Source: a virus
Lineage: Duplodnaviria; Caudoviricetes
Strand: one strand, 5' to 3'
IMG/VR virus record: IMGVR_UViG_3300044626_000250
Location: 1 to 56,000 of that record
Length of the DNA stretch: 56,000 nt
The translations under genes were made by a program, and so were the position numbers. The notes below the pieces were generated by a model, which did no database searches, was not told the origin of the DNA, and saw nothing but the letters and a program-made list of their open reading frames with translations. This document shows positions 46,679 through 56,000 of the stretch, in pieces; position 1 is the stretch's first letter, and each line of letters begins with the position of its first letter.

Positions 46679-47676
46679 AATAATTTTTTCTTTTTTAATA
46701 CTTGTTCTAGTTTATTCATTCCATAATCTTTTGCAAGGTCTGCAAAGTCTTTAATACCATCTGATAGATAGGTCCTAGGTACATTTATATATTCAAAACC
46801 AAATAGTTTTGTTATCTCCTGAGAGTTCTTTACACCTGTGGGATCAGAATCAAATGCTAATATTTGTCTTGGAGAATGTGCTTTAAATAGTTCTACATTT
46901 TCCTGAGAGAAGCATGATATTCCTTCATTCTGTACTGCTGTGCAGTTTGGATATAGTTTCTTCATCACCATGTAATCCTTTTTACTTTTATTAATGATTA
47001 GTGGTGTGTCTGAAGGACTAATGTTTCCATCTATAGCTGTAATAGGAACATTATTAGGAACCCATTTCCATTTAGCTTCGACAAATGGTCTATATATCTT
47101 CCAATGGCCATCATATAGATAACCAAATCTAAGATCAGAATCTTTAAGAGAAAACTTCTGTTTGTTTAGATAAACTTCTTTAATAGCATATACATTGTTA
47201 TCTTTTAGATCTTGTATGTCCTGATGATATAGATTCCAATATGCTAGTTCATCATTGTTAAACTTTCTGGTTACCACTTGTATTAATGAATATCTCTTAC
47301 CAATCTCTTCAGGTTGTTTGTATGACTGTGTAATCACCTTGTAATCACCAACCACTCCTGTGGATATACCAAGACCAAAATCTCTATCAATCATCTTTAG
47401 GACATCAGGAAAACTTGATACGTTATATAGCATCTGTACAAAATTGAAGCAGTTACCTCTTTTGTTTGCATCAGCAAAATCTATAAAACTCACATTACCA
47501 TGTTTTGTACCTATAATAAAAGAAGGATTGTCATCTTTTCTAAAAGGACTATTAGTAGCTACATTCAACTTCCAATTCTTATTACCCATATAAAACCTAA
47601 ATATATCATATTCTGATATCTTACTAAGAATAGATTCTGTACTTAATTTTTCTTTTCTTTTTCCTTGTATAGCCAT
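46675..47676 (-). CDS. DNA primase (crAss-type TOPRIM)
   Basis: SPFRKDDNPSF, FIDFA, KIYRP, KSKKD, AFDSDPTG, KDFAD. Confidence 0.85.
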   Translation of the reverse strand: MAIQGKRKEKLSTESILSKISEYDIFRFYMGNKNWKLNVATNSPFRKDDNPSFIIGTKHGNVSFIDFADANKRGNCFNFVQMLYNVSSFPDVLKMIDRDFGLGISTGVVGDYKVITQSYKQPEEIGKRYSLIQVVTRKFNNDELAYWNLYHQDIQDLKDNNVYAIKEVYLNKQKFSLKDSDLRFGYLYDGHWKIYRPFVEAKWKWVPNNVPITAIDGNISPSDTPLIINKSKKDYMVMKKLYPNCTAVQNEGISCFSQENVELFKAHSPRQILAFDSDPTGVKNSQEITKLFGFEYINVPRTYLSDGIKDFADLAKDYGMNKLEQVLKKKKLL

Positions 47677-47686
47677 AATATAAATT

Positions 47687-47713
47687 AAAAACCCTCTACA
47701 TTTCTGCAGAGGG
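47687..47713 (-). terminator. Intrinsic terminator
   Basis: CCCTCT/AGAGGG stem followed by a T-run on the - strand. Confidence 0.65.
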
Positions 47714-47735
47714 CTTCTATTAATAATTAATTCAA

Positions 47736-48602
47736 TTAATAATCATCACCATCTTCTGAAATGAATTTGTCTGATGCAACCAAGTTGTCATCTGGATTAT
47801 AATCTTGAATGTCTTTGAATGTGTAATAGTCTTTACAACCATATTCACCAATCACATTAACAACAAATCTTTCGTGTGGTTTTAAATCTTTAGATTTCTT
47901 GTTAGTCAATTGTTTTAACACATCTTTGTTAGAATAGTCAATCAATCTAAAATTCTTTAAAGAATATGCAGGGAAGAAAGCTTTATTGTATACACCTTGG
48001 TATTCTTTAGACTCTCCATCTTTCTCTTTAACTATTACAATAGCCAAAGCTCCAACATTACCACACCATTCTCCACCAATTTGATCTTTCAAATCTTTAA
48101 CATTACCCTTCATTAGTTTCTTCCAATCAAGTTGTAATGTTGTATCAGCATGGCGATAGTCAAGTTCACTCAACCATCCACGAATGAAGTTGTAAAGATC
48201 TTCTTCACCAACATATGCCTGACGATAATCTCTTGTAGTAAACCACTCTGGTAAATTACTAGGATCATCTGCCCAAGAACATGTACCAATTTCATTGATA
48301 TATTGTTGCTTTGTACCATCTTTGTTTTCTCTCTCTTTATTCTCTAAGAAGAAAGACACTTTAAACTTATCTTGATTCTTAACTTCTTCAAGCCAAAAAT
48401 CTATTCTAAGCACTGTATTACCATCTCTTTCATTGAGATATTCTGCAGCTTTAGAATCTTCTTTAATATCCATACCTAGAACATCTTTAAATTGTTCAAT
48501 GGTTGGATTAATGGCTATCACTTTAGCCTCAAATAATCCTACTTTCTTTCCAAAGTCAGTTGACAATGTACTTTCTCTTTTACTTCCTCCAATTGCGCTC
48601 AT
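47736..48602 (-). CDS. Putative single-stranded DNA-binding protein
   Basis: VIAINPT, RIDFWL; acidic C-terminal tail ending in an aromatic residue (EDGDDY); lies between the AAA ATPase and primase. Confidence 0.55.
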   Translation of the reverse strand: MSAIGGSKRESTLSTDFGKKVGLFEAKVIAINPTIEQFKDVLGMDIKEDSKAAEYLNERDGNTVLRIDFWLEEVKNQDKFKVSFFLENKERENKDGTKQQYINEIGTCSWADDPSNLPEWFTTRDYRQAYVGEEDLYNFIRGWLSELDYRHADTTLQLDWKKLMKGNVKDLKDQIGGEWCGNVGALAIVIVKEKDGESKEYQGVYNKAFFPAYSLKNFRLIDYSNKDVLKQLTNKKSKDLKPHERFVVNVIGEYGCKDYYTFKDIQDYNPDDNLVASDKFISEDGDDY

Positions 48603-48617
48603 TTTTGTTTATTTAAT

Positions 48618-49289
48618 TTAGTTATAATATTCTCTTATTGTGTTAGACACTTCTTGTAAATTATTTGGTATTTTCAATTCACTAAACATTCCATCAGGAG
48701 ATTTAGCAGGGAACTTCTTGTAACGATTTGTTACAAAGTTATAATCAATAGTCCCATCTTTCTTTTCTTCTACATTAGTATATAATACCACTGTAAAAAG
48801 TCCTTCAAGATTAATTTGGTTATCAATAAGTTTACCTGCAGTTTTGATCTTATACCCTACAATCTCTCCACCATCTTCAATAGATTCAGGGTGAGTGAAA
48901 TAGTATATGATAAGATCATCTCTTAATTGTCTAGCAGTTCTAACAAGGTCCACCATATCTTTAGCCATTAAGCTAAATTTAGTAAAACCTGTCTCAGTTG
49001 CTTTTGCCACCATATTGAATCCCATAATGTAATTACTGTCTTCGATAATGATTTGCTTAATGTGAGGAGCTTTTTCTGAGATTGTTTTTAGCAATCTAGA
49101 GATTTCATTTGCATCATCTGCCTCTTTGTAATTCTTGCTGTCTACGTTGTACAACTTCTCGCTTCCTTTAAATGGAAGCTCTTTTTTCGCTACGTTAATA
49201 ATGTACGTTTCCTTTGGGTCTAAATGCTTGATGCTAGTTGATTTTCCAGTACCAGTCTGCCCTACAATTCCAATTAGTTTTGAACTCAT
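48618..49289 (-). CDS. AAA_24 / Sak4-like P-loop ATPase
   Basis: GQTGTGKST, IIIED, KTAGKLID, EGLFT, AKSP. Confidence 0.85.
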   Translation of the reverse strand: MSSKLIGIVGQTGTGKSTSIKHLDPKETYIINVAKKELPFKGSEKLYNVDSKNYKEADDANEISRLLKTISEKAPHIKQIIIEDSNYIMGFNMVAKATETGFTKFSLMAKDMVDLVRTARQLRDDLIIYYFTHPESIEDGGEIVGYKIKTAGKLIDNQINLEGLFTVVLYTNVEEKKDGTIDYNFVTNRYKKFPAKSPDGMFSELKIPNNLQEVSNTIREYYN

Positions 49290-49321
49290 TTTAATTTATT
49301 TAATTAGTGTTTTTAAAGATA

Positions 49322-49353
49322 TAAATATACGTATAATTTTTTTAATTATCAAA
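49322..49353 (-). promoter_or_regulatory. Promoter TTTG-N20-TATATTTA
   Basis: Near-consensus Bacteroidota elements upstream of the AAA ATPase. Confidence 0.65.
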
Positions 49354-50422
49354 CGTATTTAATCTTATTCTCGTCAAAGAATTCAAGAGCTTTTTTCAAC
49401 CATTTAAGCTCAACAGGTTCATTAGTGCTAATGATGTATATGTGAGCTTTCTTATCTGGCGTATTATATTCAAATGCCATACATCTGTTTATCTTCTGCG
49501 CAAGATTCTCTGCATTACTATCAAAATAGTTTATTATCACTCTGTTAAGAGGTTTGTATGTGACACCTGTGTTACCAATCTTCACAACAGCCATATGATT
49601 TCCTTTACCTTCAGCAAAATCAGCAAACATTTGTTTCTCGCTGGATTTACTGTGATAAGAAGGTATCCCTAAACTGTCTGAAACCTTGGTAGTTCCACAG
49701 AACACCAACACTCTCTCATCTTTATGTTTAGCCAAAAGTGCCTTTGTAGCATTTGTTTTGGCTAGGGATGATTGTATAATACGCATTCTAGCAAGACGCA
49801 TAAACATTGTGTCACTACGAGTTGCCATCATTTTGTTAATCACCCAGCTCACATTGTCAAACTGTTTCTTCTCAGTCTTTTTCTTTCCTTTAAAGTCAAG
49901 CAATGTCTTGTCATCTAAAGGAACTCTAATCACTGTGATTTCATAGTCTACAATTACACCTTCTTCAATAGCTTTTTCAATTGGATAGTGAGCTATAACA
50001 TGAATGTCAAGCTCTTTTTCTAAATTGATTTCACTATCTATAGAAAGTGTACCAGTTAGCCCTAATATCTGTTTGTTATTAGCAAATAGCTCTTTACAAA
50101 CTTCTATCTGGGCCTCACTCAAGAGATGTATCTCATCTATTATAACAACATCATACTCTTGGTCAATATACTTCTTCAAAGAAAGGTGAGTTGTGTAAGT
50201 TACCCTACTCGTATCATAATCTCTTTCTTCAAAGTCATTTTGCCAAGACTCTTTGATTTTATTATCTGGATAAGCAATCAAGATGTTTGGATTGTCTAGC
50301 TCTTCAAGAATATTAATGGTAGTTCTACATTTCCCAAATCTTGGACATAGATTAAGAATACCATGTTTCTCTTTGAGCCATACATCAGCAAACTCTTTCT
50401 GTCTTTTATCTCTTAGTGTCAT
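49349..50422 (-). CDS. Superfamily 2 helicase (divergent)
   Basis: CPRFGKC, IIDEIH, LGLTGT, QKINR. Confidence 0.8.
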   Translation of the reverse strand: MTLRDKRQKEFADVWLKEKHGILNLCPRFGKCRTTINILEELDNPNILIAYPDNKIKESWQNDFEERDYDTSRVTYTTHLSLKKYIDQEYDVVIIDEIHLLSEAQIEVCKELFANNKQILGLTGTLSIDSEINLEKELDIHVIAHYPIEKAIEEGVIVDYEITVIRVPLDDKTLLDFKGKKKTEKKQFDNVSWVINKMMATRSDTMFMRLARMRIIQSSLAKTNATKALLAKHKDERVLVFCGTTKVSDSLGIPSYHSKSSEKQMFADFAEGKGNHMAVVKIGNTGVTYKPLNRVIINYFDSNAENLAQKINRCMAFEYNTPDKKAHIYIISTNEPVELKWLKKALEFFDENKIKYV

Positions 50423-50507
50423 TTATTTGCTTTATCTATTAAGTAATACCATAACCAAATTACCTTTGGTCTTATGAATTCATAAGCTGCCCACATTAAA
50501 AAATATT

Positions 50508-51569
50508 TCATTCTCTTAGGAAATAAGTTTTGTTAATCACTGATTCATAATCAGCATCTGTTATATCTTTCTTCTTAGGAAGCTCTTTGAACATACCCAC
50601 TTGGCCCATAAAGCCAAGACCAATACGTACATCGTCTTCACCATAACTATTCTTGATTAGTCTTAAGCTTCTGAAGTATTTAGCACCATAGTCATCTTTT
50701 AACTTATCAAGATTATATCCTGATGGATCTGCCACTTTATATCTCATAGGATCAAAGAGAGCAAGAACAACATCAGAATCATTCTGTGTTTGTGAACTGT
50801 CTGCAAAATCCTCTAGTTGAGGTTCTACATCACCATTCTTAATCCTTATAGGATTAGATATATCTCTATTGAACTGACTAACAACTACAGGTGTATATCC
50901 AAAGAAGTCTCTGGCATATCTTAGTTCATCAGACATTTTATCAATAGCTTGTTTCTTTGTTGGTTGATCTTTTGTTAGTTTTAATAAACCAATATGATCA
51001 ATAACAACAATTGTAACAACATTTGGGTCATCAGGAACATAAACCTTGTTATATTCATCCAATTCTTCAATGTGTCCATTTTTTAGAGCATGTGTTCTTA
51101 GATTCTTTGCTATTCCAATAGGATTATCTGGTCCATCAATGATTGTAATAACATCATTCATAGCATCAATGTAATCTTTCTGTAATAGAAACAGATCATG
51201 TTCATCACTTGTCATCTTATCAGTCCAACCAAGAAGTTTACCAACAGGAAGTATTATTCCCTGATCAGTAAATATTCTTCTGCTCACCCACTTAGCCATT
51301 TTGTATGTTCTACTACGTTCCATTGAATGGTATATAATCTTAAGTTTAACCTTTGGGTTTTTTTGATTTATATACCAATCAAATGGATTAAGAACAAATG
51401 CATCATCAATGAATGAAGTTTTACCTGAACCTGTTAGACCACCTACGAGATAATACATGCTCTTCCTAAGACCAACATACCTATTAAGTCTGTTAAATCC
51501 CATAGGAATACCATCATTATCTCCAGATAGTCCTTTCTCTACTTCTTGTTTTAATATGTCAAAACTCAT
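50508..51569 (-). CDS. dnaB: DnaB-like replicative helicase
   Basis: GLTGSGKTS, SME, IDHIGL, SQFNR, LIKNSYG. Start MSFDIL preferred over 51581. Confidence 0.9.
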   Translation of the reverse strand: MSFDILKQEVEKGLSGDNDGIPMGFNRLNRYVGLRKSMYYLVGGLTGSGKTSFIDDAFVLNPFDWYINQKNPKVKLKIIYHSMERSRTYKMAKWVSRRIFTDQGIILPVGKLLGWTDKMTSDEHDLFLLQKDYIDAMNDVITIIDGPDNPIGIAKNLRTHALKNGHIEELDEYNKVYVPDDPNVVTIVVIDHIGLLKLTKDQPTKKQAIDKMSDELRYARDFFGYTPVVVSQFNRDISNPIRIKNGDVEPQLEDFADSSQTQNDSDVVLALFDPMRYKVADPSGYNLDKLKDDYGAKYFRSLRLIKNSYGEDDVRIGLGFMGQVGMFKELPKKKDITDADYESVINKTYFLRE

Positions 51570-51685
51570 TGTTTTATACAATTTGCTATTGTAAATAATA
51601 TTAAAATTATTATACCCATGAAAATAACAATTTTAGTTGCTGTTTTCACAACATAATCAAATTCTTTTTTGTCTTGTGGTGTCAT
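51566..51685 (-). CDS. Small membrane protein (39 aa)
   Basis: Read manually: MTPQDKKEFDYVVKTATKIVIFMGIIILILFTIANCIKQ; ATGA overlaps at both ends. Confidence 0.6.
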   Translation of the reverse strand: MTPQDKKEFDYVVKTATKIVIFMGIIILILFTIANCIKQ

Positions 51686-51897
51686 AGTTTTTCTATTTCT
51701 TGTTGAACTTCTGAATAAAATTTAACTTGCTTATTATTTACGCCATATAGATTATGATGACTTCTTAATATCTCATCAACTGCTATTAATGCACATTGTT
51801 TTAATTGGTTATCAAATACAATAGGATTCATAAAATCTTTATTTAATAAATCATCATACTTGCTGTATAATTCATTTGCTTTTTCTTCTGGTGTCAT
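51682..51897 (-). CDS. Hypothetical phage protein
   Basis: MTPEEKANEL...KQCALIAVDEIL...EVQQEIEKL. Confidence 0.7.
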   Translation of the reverse strand: MTPEEKANELYSKYDDLLNKDFMNPIVFDNQLKQCALIAVDEILRSHHNLYGVNNKQVKFYSEVQQEIEKL

Positions 51898-52373
51898 AAG
51901 TTTACTTGTATTTTACGTGTTTCACATCCCATTTTGTGTATTCCACCTGCTTGATTACAATAGGCACACTTCTCTGTGATGATCTTGTACCCAGTGTCAA
52001 TACGCTTAAAGTCTTTCACTACATAATTCTTGAATCCAAAGCTGTCCATTGGCATACCTCTAGTAATATAAGGACCACCAGATGGATCAATCATATCAAT
52101 CTCATCAGTCAGTGTGTCAACCATACTTACATACTTATACCCTAACCTATATTCTTTTATATCTGGATCATATTCATGAACAGCTTTCTTAAATTCCTCT
52201 AATGGCATTGGTGTTTGTACCTCACTACAATATTCTTCATATGCTCTTGTGTAATCATTAGGCATACCAATTCTGCAAAAATCAAAATTACCTTCCCATA
52301 GTATATCATGGTTTTCATCTCTTGTAAATTTGAATTCATCACCATATCTGTTTTTATATGTCTGTGCTTCCAT
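51894..52373 (-). CDS. Hypothetical protein
   Basis: KNRYGD...IDPSGGPYI; C-terminal CxxC..H..C. Confidence 0.7.
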   Translation of the reverse strand: MEAQTYKNRYGDEFKFTRDENHDILWEGNFDFCRIGMPNDYTRAYEEYCSEVQTPMPLEEFKKAVHEYDPDIKEYRLGYKYVSMVDTLTDEIDMIDPSGGPYITRGMPMDSFGFKNYVVKDFKRIDTGYKIITEKCAYCNQAGGIHKMGCETRKIQVNL

Positions 52374-52980
52374 TTGGTTTTTGTGTTTCTTTAATAGTTA
52401 TACCTTCGTTAATTAGTTCTATAAATGGTTCATAGCTTCTTTGATTTAAATATGTTAAGCTATTCTGCATATATGTTAGTTTATTTGTGGATTGTGATAT
52501 AGATGCTTCTTTCTTTTGAAGAACATCAAATTTAAGAGCTTCTATCAATTGAGAAGATGTATATTCTCCTTCTAGAAGTATTTTGTCATATTTCAGCCTA
52601 CATTCATCTTTATTCTGTCTAAGGGTTCTACTTCCTGAGAAGCTTTTACCATTATGTGTGAATGTATCTGTACCTGGATAGGTTAGCCACCAATCATTAA
52701 ACTCTGTTGTAGCAGGTTTTTGTTTTACAATTTTCTTTTCTTCTTTGCTATCAATAAATGATAACAGTTCTTTTCCCAATAATGTAATCTTTTCATCATG
52801 CTCACTTATCAAGCCTTTACGAATTAAACCAGACAACAAAGCAGCAATTTTCATACTCCCATCACATAATGGTTGAATGTCAATTTGCTGCTCAATAAGT
52901 TTTAATAGGAATATGTGATCTAAGCTATAGGATTTCTTGATTAGTTCTTCGAAGTGCCAAGGGCTCAGATTTAGTTTCAT
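52354..52980 (-). CDS. Putative replication initiator / winged-helix protein
   Basis: LIRKGLI...ITLLGKE; FNDWWLTYP; YMQNSLTYLNQ; upstream of DnaB. Confidence 0.55.
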   Translation of the reverse strand: MKLNLSPWHFEELIKKSYSLDHIFLLKLIEQQIDIQPLCDGSMKIAALLSGLIRKGLISEHDEKITLLGKELLSFIDSKEEKKIVKQKPATTEFNDWWLTYPGTDTFTHNGKSFSGSRTLRQNKDECRLKYDKILLEGEYTSSQLIEALKFDVLQKKEASISQSTNKLTYMQNSLTYLNQRSYEPFIELINEGITIKETQKPNGSTDI

Positions 52981-53158
52981 GTAGGTTTGGTATTAATTGT
53001 ACTTGTATTAATGCAGGAAGTCGTTTGTTTCTTTCTTGTTCTTCCCATAGTTGCCATTCATATTCTTCTTCAGCATGTCTGTGTAACATTGTTAAATAAT
53101 GTCTGTCACTCTCTAATTGCCAATTGAATAGATCTTCAAAGTTAATGCTTTCTCCCAT
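52925..53158 (-). CDS. Hypothetical protein
   Basis: 77-aa ORF. Confidence 0.5.
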   Translation of the reverse strand: MGESINFEDLFNWQLESDRHYLTMLHRHAEEEYEWQLWEEQERNKRLPALIQVQLIPNLHETKSEPLALRRTNQEIL

Positions 53159-53168
53159 AATTTTAAAT

Positions 53169-53387
53169 TTATTTTTTATATTTCTCTAATAGTTCTAAGT
53201 CCTCTATATAAGGAATTTGATATTTTTCTTTGATTAATATTATATCAGAAAGAATGTCTACAATATCTCTTTTGTGTCCACGTCTTATATCAATATTGTT
53301 TGTTCTTTCAAGTTCTTCAAGATACATATATACCTTTAGATACTTAGGTTGTATCACCTCATTGCAAATTGCTGTTTTTAAGTTCAT
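53169..53387 (-). CDS. Hypothetical protein
   Basis: 72-aa ORF. Confidence 0.55.
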   Translation of the reverse strand: MNLKTAICNEVIQPKYLKVYMYLEELERTNNIDIRRGHKRDIVDILSDIILIKEKYQIPYIEDLELLEKYKK

Positions 53388-53391
53388 AATA

Positions 53392-53652
53392 TTAATTTTT
53401 TATACGAAGACCAAGGGCAAGATTAAAAGAATCAAACCTTTTCTCTCCATTAACTTTATTGCATTTAAATGTTTTTCTTATGAGTTTAACAGCATAGAGT
53501 TTAAACTCTGCAAATTGCTCTCTTGTCATAGTGATATTAAAATACCACTTGTCATCATTAAATGTGTCCATCATTGTTTTACCAACCATGGCTAGCTCAT
53601 ATTCAACAAGATGTCTCATAATGTTATCTCTTGTTATTTTAACTTTTTCCAT
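53392..53652 (-). CDS. Hypothetical protein
   Basis: 86-aa ORF directly after PolB. Confidence 0.65.
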   Translation of the reverse strand: MEKVKITRDNIMRHLVEYELAMVGKTMMDTFNDDKWYFNITMTREQFAEFKLYAVKLIRKTFKCNKVNGEKRFDSFNLALGLRIKN

Positions 53653-53654
53653 TA

Positions 53655-55613
53655 TTAAAATAAATTTAATTGATTAGGGATTACTACTACATTACGTTTC
53701 TTACCTTCTGTTAGCACTTTATTAATTATTCTATTAGCTTTTTCAATATAATAGTCATAATTAATACCTTCTACTTTAGTTTTGCTAGGTAGATAGTTAC
53801 AAACTGTTGCCATCCACTCTCCTGCTTCCACTTGACTGATCTTTGCAGCATTAGTTTGACACTCTTCGTTCTTCACTTTAAGAAGCTTTACACCCTCTTC
53901 AGATATATAATATCTAATTAGTTTGTTATACATCTCTGTTTCTCCTGTTTGTCTATTAATACCTTCATAATGAAAGTCTCTTGTAGCTTTCTGTCTTAGA
54001 CAAAAATCATAAATATTTTTATGATTTCGTATAGTAGTGCTAACAGGAGTACCATCAACAAAATATTGTTCAAGAGCAATAGGGACCACCCTGGCACTCT
54101 TGTTCTTGTGTAATTCAAAGTCAGTAAGGAAATCACCTTTTTTCTTAATCTCTCCATCTGTTTTAATTGCTAAATAATCATTAACTGTACTAAATATAAT
54201 TTTAGAATAATCTGTACGTTCAAGTTCATACTTTGTGACATCACACCACCAATCATTAATCTCAAACATCTTATCAATTAATCCTTTCTTAATTCTAATT
54301 GTTACACCATCTGTATTAGCTGATATAACATTAATACCTGCTAACTCATATGCTTCAATAAGCATCATTAAACTTAATTCACCAGTGATTGTTGTAAACA
54401 TAGTTAGTTGTCTGTCATATATCCAAGATTGTACATCTGATGATTTACCATATACAGAATTAACAGCAAGCTTTAGAGCTCCAACAATTCCTTTTATCTT
54501 CTTATCAGTCTTGGCCAGAGGTTTTAGTTCAAGTCTTTTGTCAAACATTGTTTTATAACCTCTAAGAAACTCTTTTCCTAAATGTGCAGGATAACGTCCA
54601 TTATTGATAATAATAGCAGGATAGTAAGAACTTACGTCCCAATCAATGATTTCATATTCATCATCAGCCTCAAATATCTTAGGACCATTAACACTATGAA
54701 GACCACCCTTGGCAAATGTATATGTGTTTCCATAGAATTTTATTTCTTCCATGAAATCATCAGTCATTCCCATAGTCATCTTTCTTGTTCTTTCAAAGAA
54801 TTCATTTAGCTCAGGAGTAACAAATGTTACATAAGAAGCAATACAATTTTTAACAGCTATTGTTTTTCTAAAGAACCCTTTACGTGGTAATTCATTATAT
54901 TCAATACCCTTTTCTTGTATATAAAACTTCTTAATCATCTCATCACCAATCTTACTGTCAGAATAGTTCATACATTGAATACCAAACTCAGCTTCTATAT
55001 TTTGTCTCAGCTCAATTTGGTTGTTTCCTTTATATAATGGATGATCAGTCTTTCCTATTGTTATTTTATAGAATTCATATGTAGCCATTACATCATTCTT
55101 GCAATAAGTTCTGGTGATGTGTCTGTCTGTTGGTGTCATATCCACCTTTGTATGATGAACAGGCATTTCCTCAATGTTCTCATAGTCCATCTCAAACTCA
55201 AGTCTCTTTAGACTCACCATACGATTCTTATTATCGTAATGATTTATCTTAAACAAATCAATTTGTCTTAGAGATAGGTTTTGTTCTTTGAATTCAGGGA
55301 ACACATCATAATTAGCATCATGAATAACATCAGCAGCATTCTGTGCAATCTTAGCACATATTTCTAATGCAGGAAGATCATGCCATCTGTCGTAAGTTCT
55401 TAAGATCCATTCAACCACTTGGCTGTCAAATCTTATATTGTTATACCCAACCCAATAATGATCATTGTGTTCATCACAGAAATTAATAAATGCATCTATT
55501 TCATTTTTACTCTTACTAATTTCAAATTCATAATAAACATCAGTTTGTGGATTGTATATACCCACAAAGAACATTTCTAATAAGGTTTCTATGTCATAGA
55601 TTAATACATTCAT
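53655..55613 (-). CDS. DNA polymerase family B with 3'-5' exonuclease
   Basis: YDIET, GYNNIRFD, YCKNDV, DWDVSSYYP, KLAVNSVYGK, ANTDG. Confidence 0.95.
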   Translation of the reverse strand: MNVLIYDIETLLEMFFVGIYNPQTDVYYEFEISKSKNEIDAFINFCDEHNDHYWVGYNNIRFDSQVVEWILRTYDRWHDLPALEICAKIAQNAADVIHDANYDVFPEFKEQNLSLRQIDLFKINHYDNKNRMVSLKRLEFEMDYENIEEMPVHHTKVDMTPTDRHITRTYCKNDVMATYEFYKITIGKTDHPLYKGNNQIELRQNIEAEFGIQCMNYSDSKIGDEMIKKFYIQEKGIEYNELPRKGFFRKTIAVKNCIASYVTFVTPELNEFFERTRKMTMGMTDDFMEEIKFYGNTYTFAKGGLHSVNGPKIFEADDEYEIIDWDVSSYYPAIIINNGRYPAHLGKEFLRGYKTMFDKRLELKPLAKTDKKIKGIVGALKLAVNSVYGKSSDVQSWIYDRQLTMFTTITGELSLMMLIEAYELAGINVISANTDGVTIRIKKGLIDKMFEINDWWCDVTKYELERTDYSKIIFSTVNDYLAIKTDGEIKKKGDFLTDFELHKNKSARVVPIALEQYFVDGTPVSTTIRNHKNIYDFCLRQKATRDFHYEGINRQTGETEMYNKLIRYYISEEGVKLLKVKNEECQTNAAKISQVEAGEWMATVCNYLPSKTKVEGINYDYYIEKANRIINKVLTEGKKRNVVVIPNQLNLF

Positions 55614-55915
55614 TATAATAATGGTTTTTTAGTTGCTATTTCATATACAGAATTAAACAATGGATCTGTATTAATAATCTTTAACAATATCAATAAGTGG
55701 TCTGCGTCAACATAATTAAGGTTTTCATAATTAAGTTTTGTTACAATATTTAAACCATCTCCAAAATCTTCAATGATTAATGCTGGTTTATCATGTAAGT
55801 GCTCACTCCAAGTTTCTACAGCAGCATAATACAATGTGTGTATTTTCTTTTTACCTTCTTCTTTGCAATCATATTCATATTCATATTGATTGTCAATAAA
55901 TATTTGGTTTTTCAT
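55613..55915 (-). CDS. Hypothetical protein
   Basis: 100 aa, TAATG-coupled to PolB. Confidence 0.65.
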   Translation of the reverse strand: MKNQIFIDNQYEYEYDCKEEGKKKIHTLYYAAVETWSEHLHDKPALIIEDFGDGLNIVTKLNYENLNYVDADHLLILLKIINTDPLFNSVYEIATKKPLL

Positions 55916-55934
55916 TTATTTTGTTATTTAATTA

Positions 55935-55942
55935 CAAATATA
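55935..55942 (-). promoter_or_regulatory. -7 promoter element TATATTTG
   Basis: Exact TAnnTTTG 19 nt upstream of ATG 55915. Confidence 0.6.
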
Positions 55943-56000
55943 ATAATTATTTTAATTATTCTTCATCGTCTGTCAAAAGTCTAATTACAACTTTTTGATC

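Noticed and set aside
31079-55984. Plus-strand ORFs within the minus-strand replication block
   Set aside because: Antisense shadows of recognisable genes.
1-56000. Stop-codon reassignment (TAG or TGA), known in some crAss-like phages
   Set aside because: Genes are full length and tightly packed under code 11; TAG (e.g. 15460-15462) and TGA (ATGA overlaps) act as real stops.

Overview
AT-rich (roughly 30% GC by eye), gene-dense fragment of a crAss-like (Crassvirales-type) lytic phage using the standard genetic code. The host is probably in Bacteroidota: there are TTTG/TTAG-N20-TAnnTTT(G/A) promoters and A-rich leaders without Shine-Dalgarno motifs. Two convergent blocks meet at a bidirectional terminator near 30.2 kb. 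The + strand (1-30.16 kb) carries a 5'-truncated virion RNA polymerase (zincin HEVFH and catalytic DFDID), a second giant multidomain protein, a lysis cassette and fibre/spike genes. It continues with modular small proteins bearing poly-Thr tracts around a GT95/GT96-like glycosyltransferase, a ferritin-like protein, and a run of very Lys-rich proteins with a repeated motif. The - strand (30.2-56 kb) is the replication/metabolism block: PolB, DnaB, SF2 helicase, AAA ATPase, primase, UDG-like protein, RIIA/RIIB, HNH nucleases, PD-(D/E)xK exonuclease, RecA, MazG, PhoH and GroES, ending in two GT-A glycosyltransferases and an FkbM methyltransferase. The best candidate for an undescribed system is a phage-encoded protein O-glycosylation pathway. 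A putative peptidyl-Ser/Thr glycosyltransferase sits among mucin-like Thr-repeat proteins built on two families of Cys-ended anchor modules, with possible chain-extending and methylating enzymes nearby. All family assignments come from motif recognition by eye; no database searches were run.
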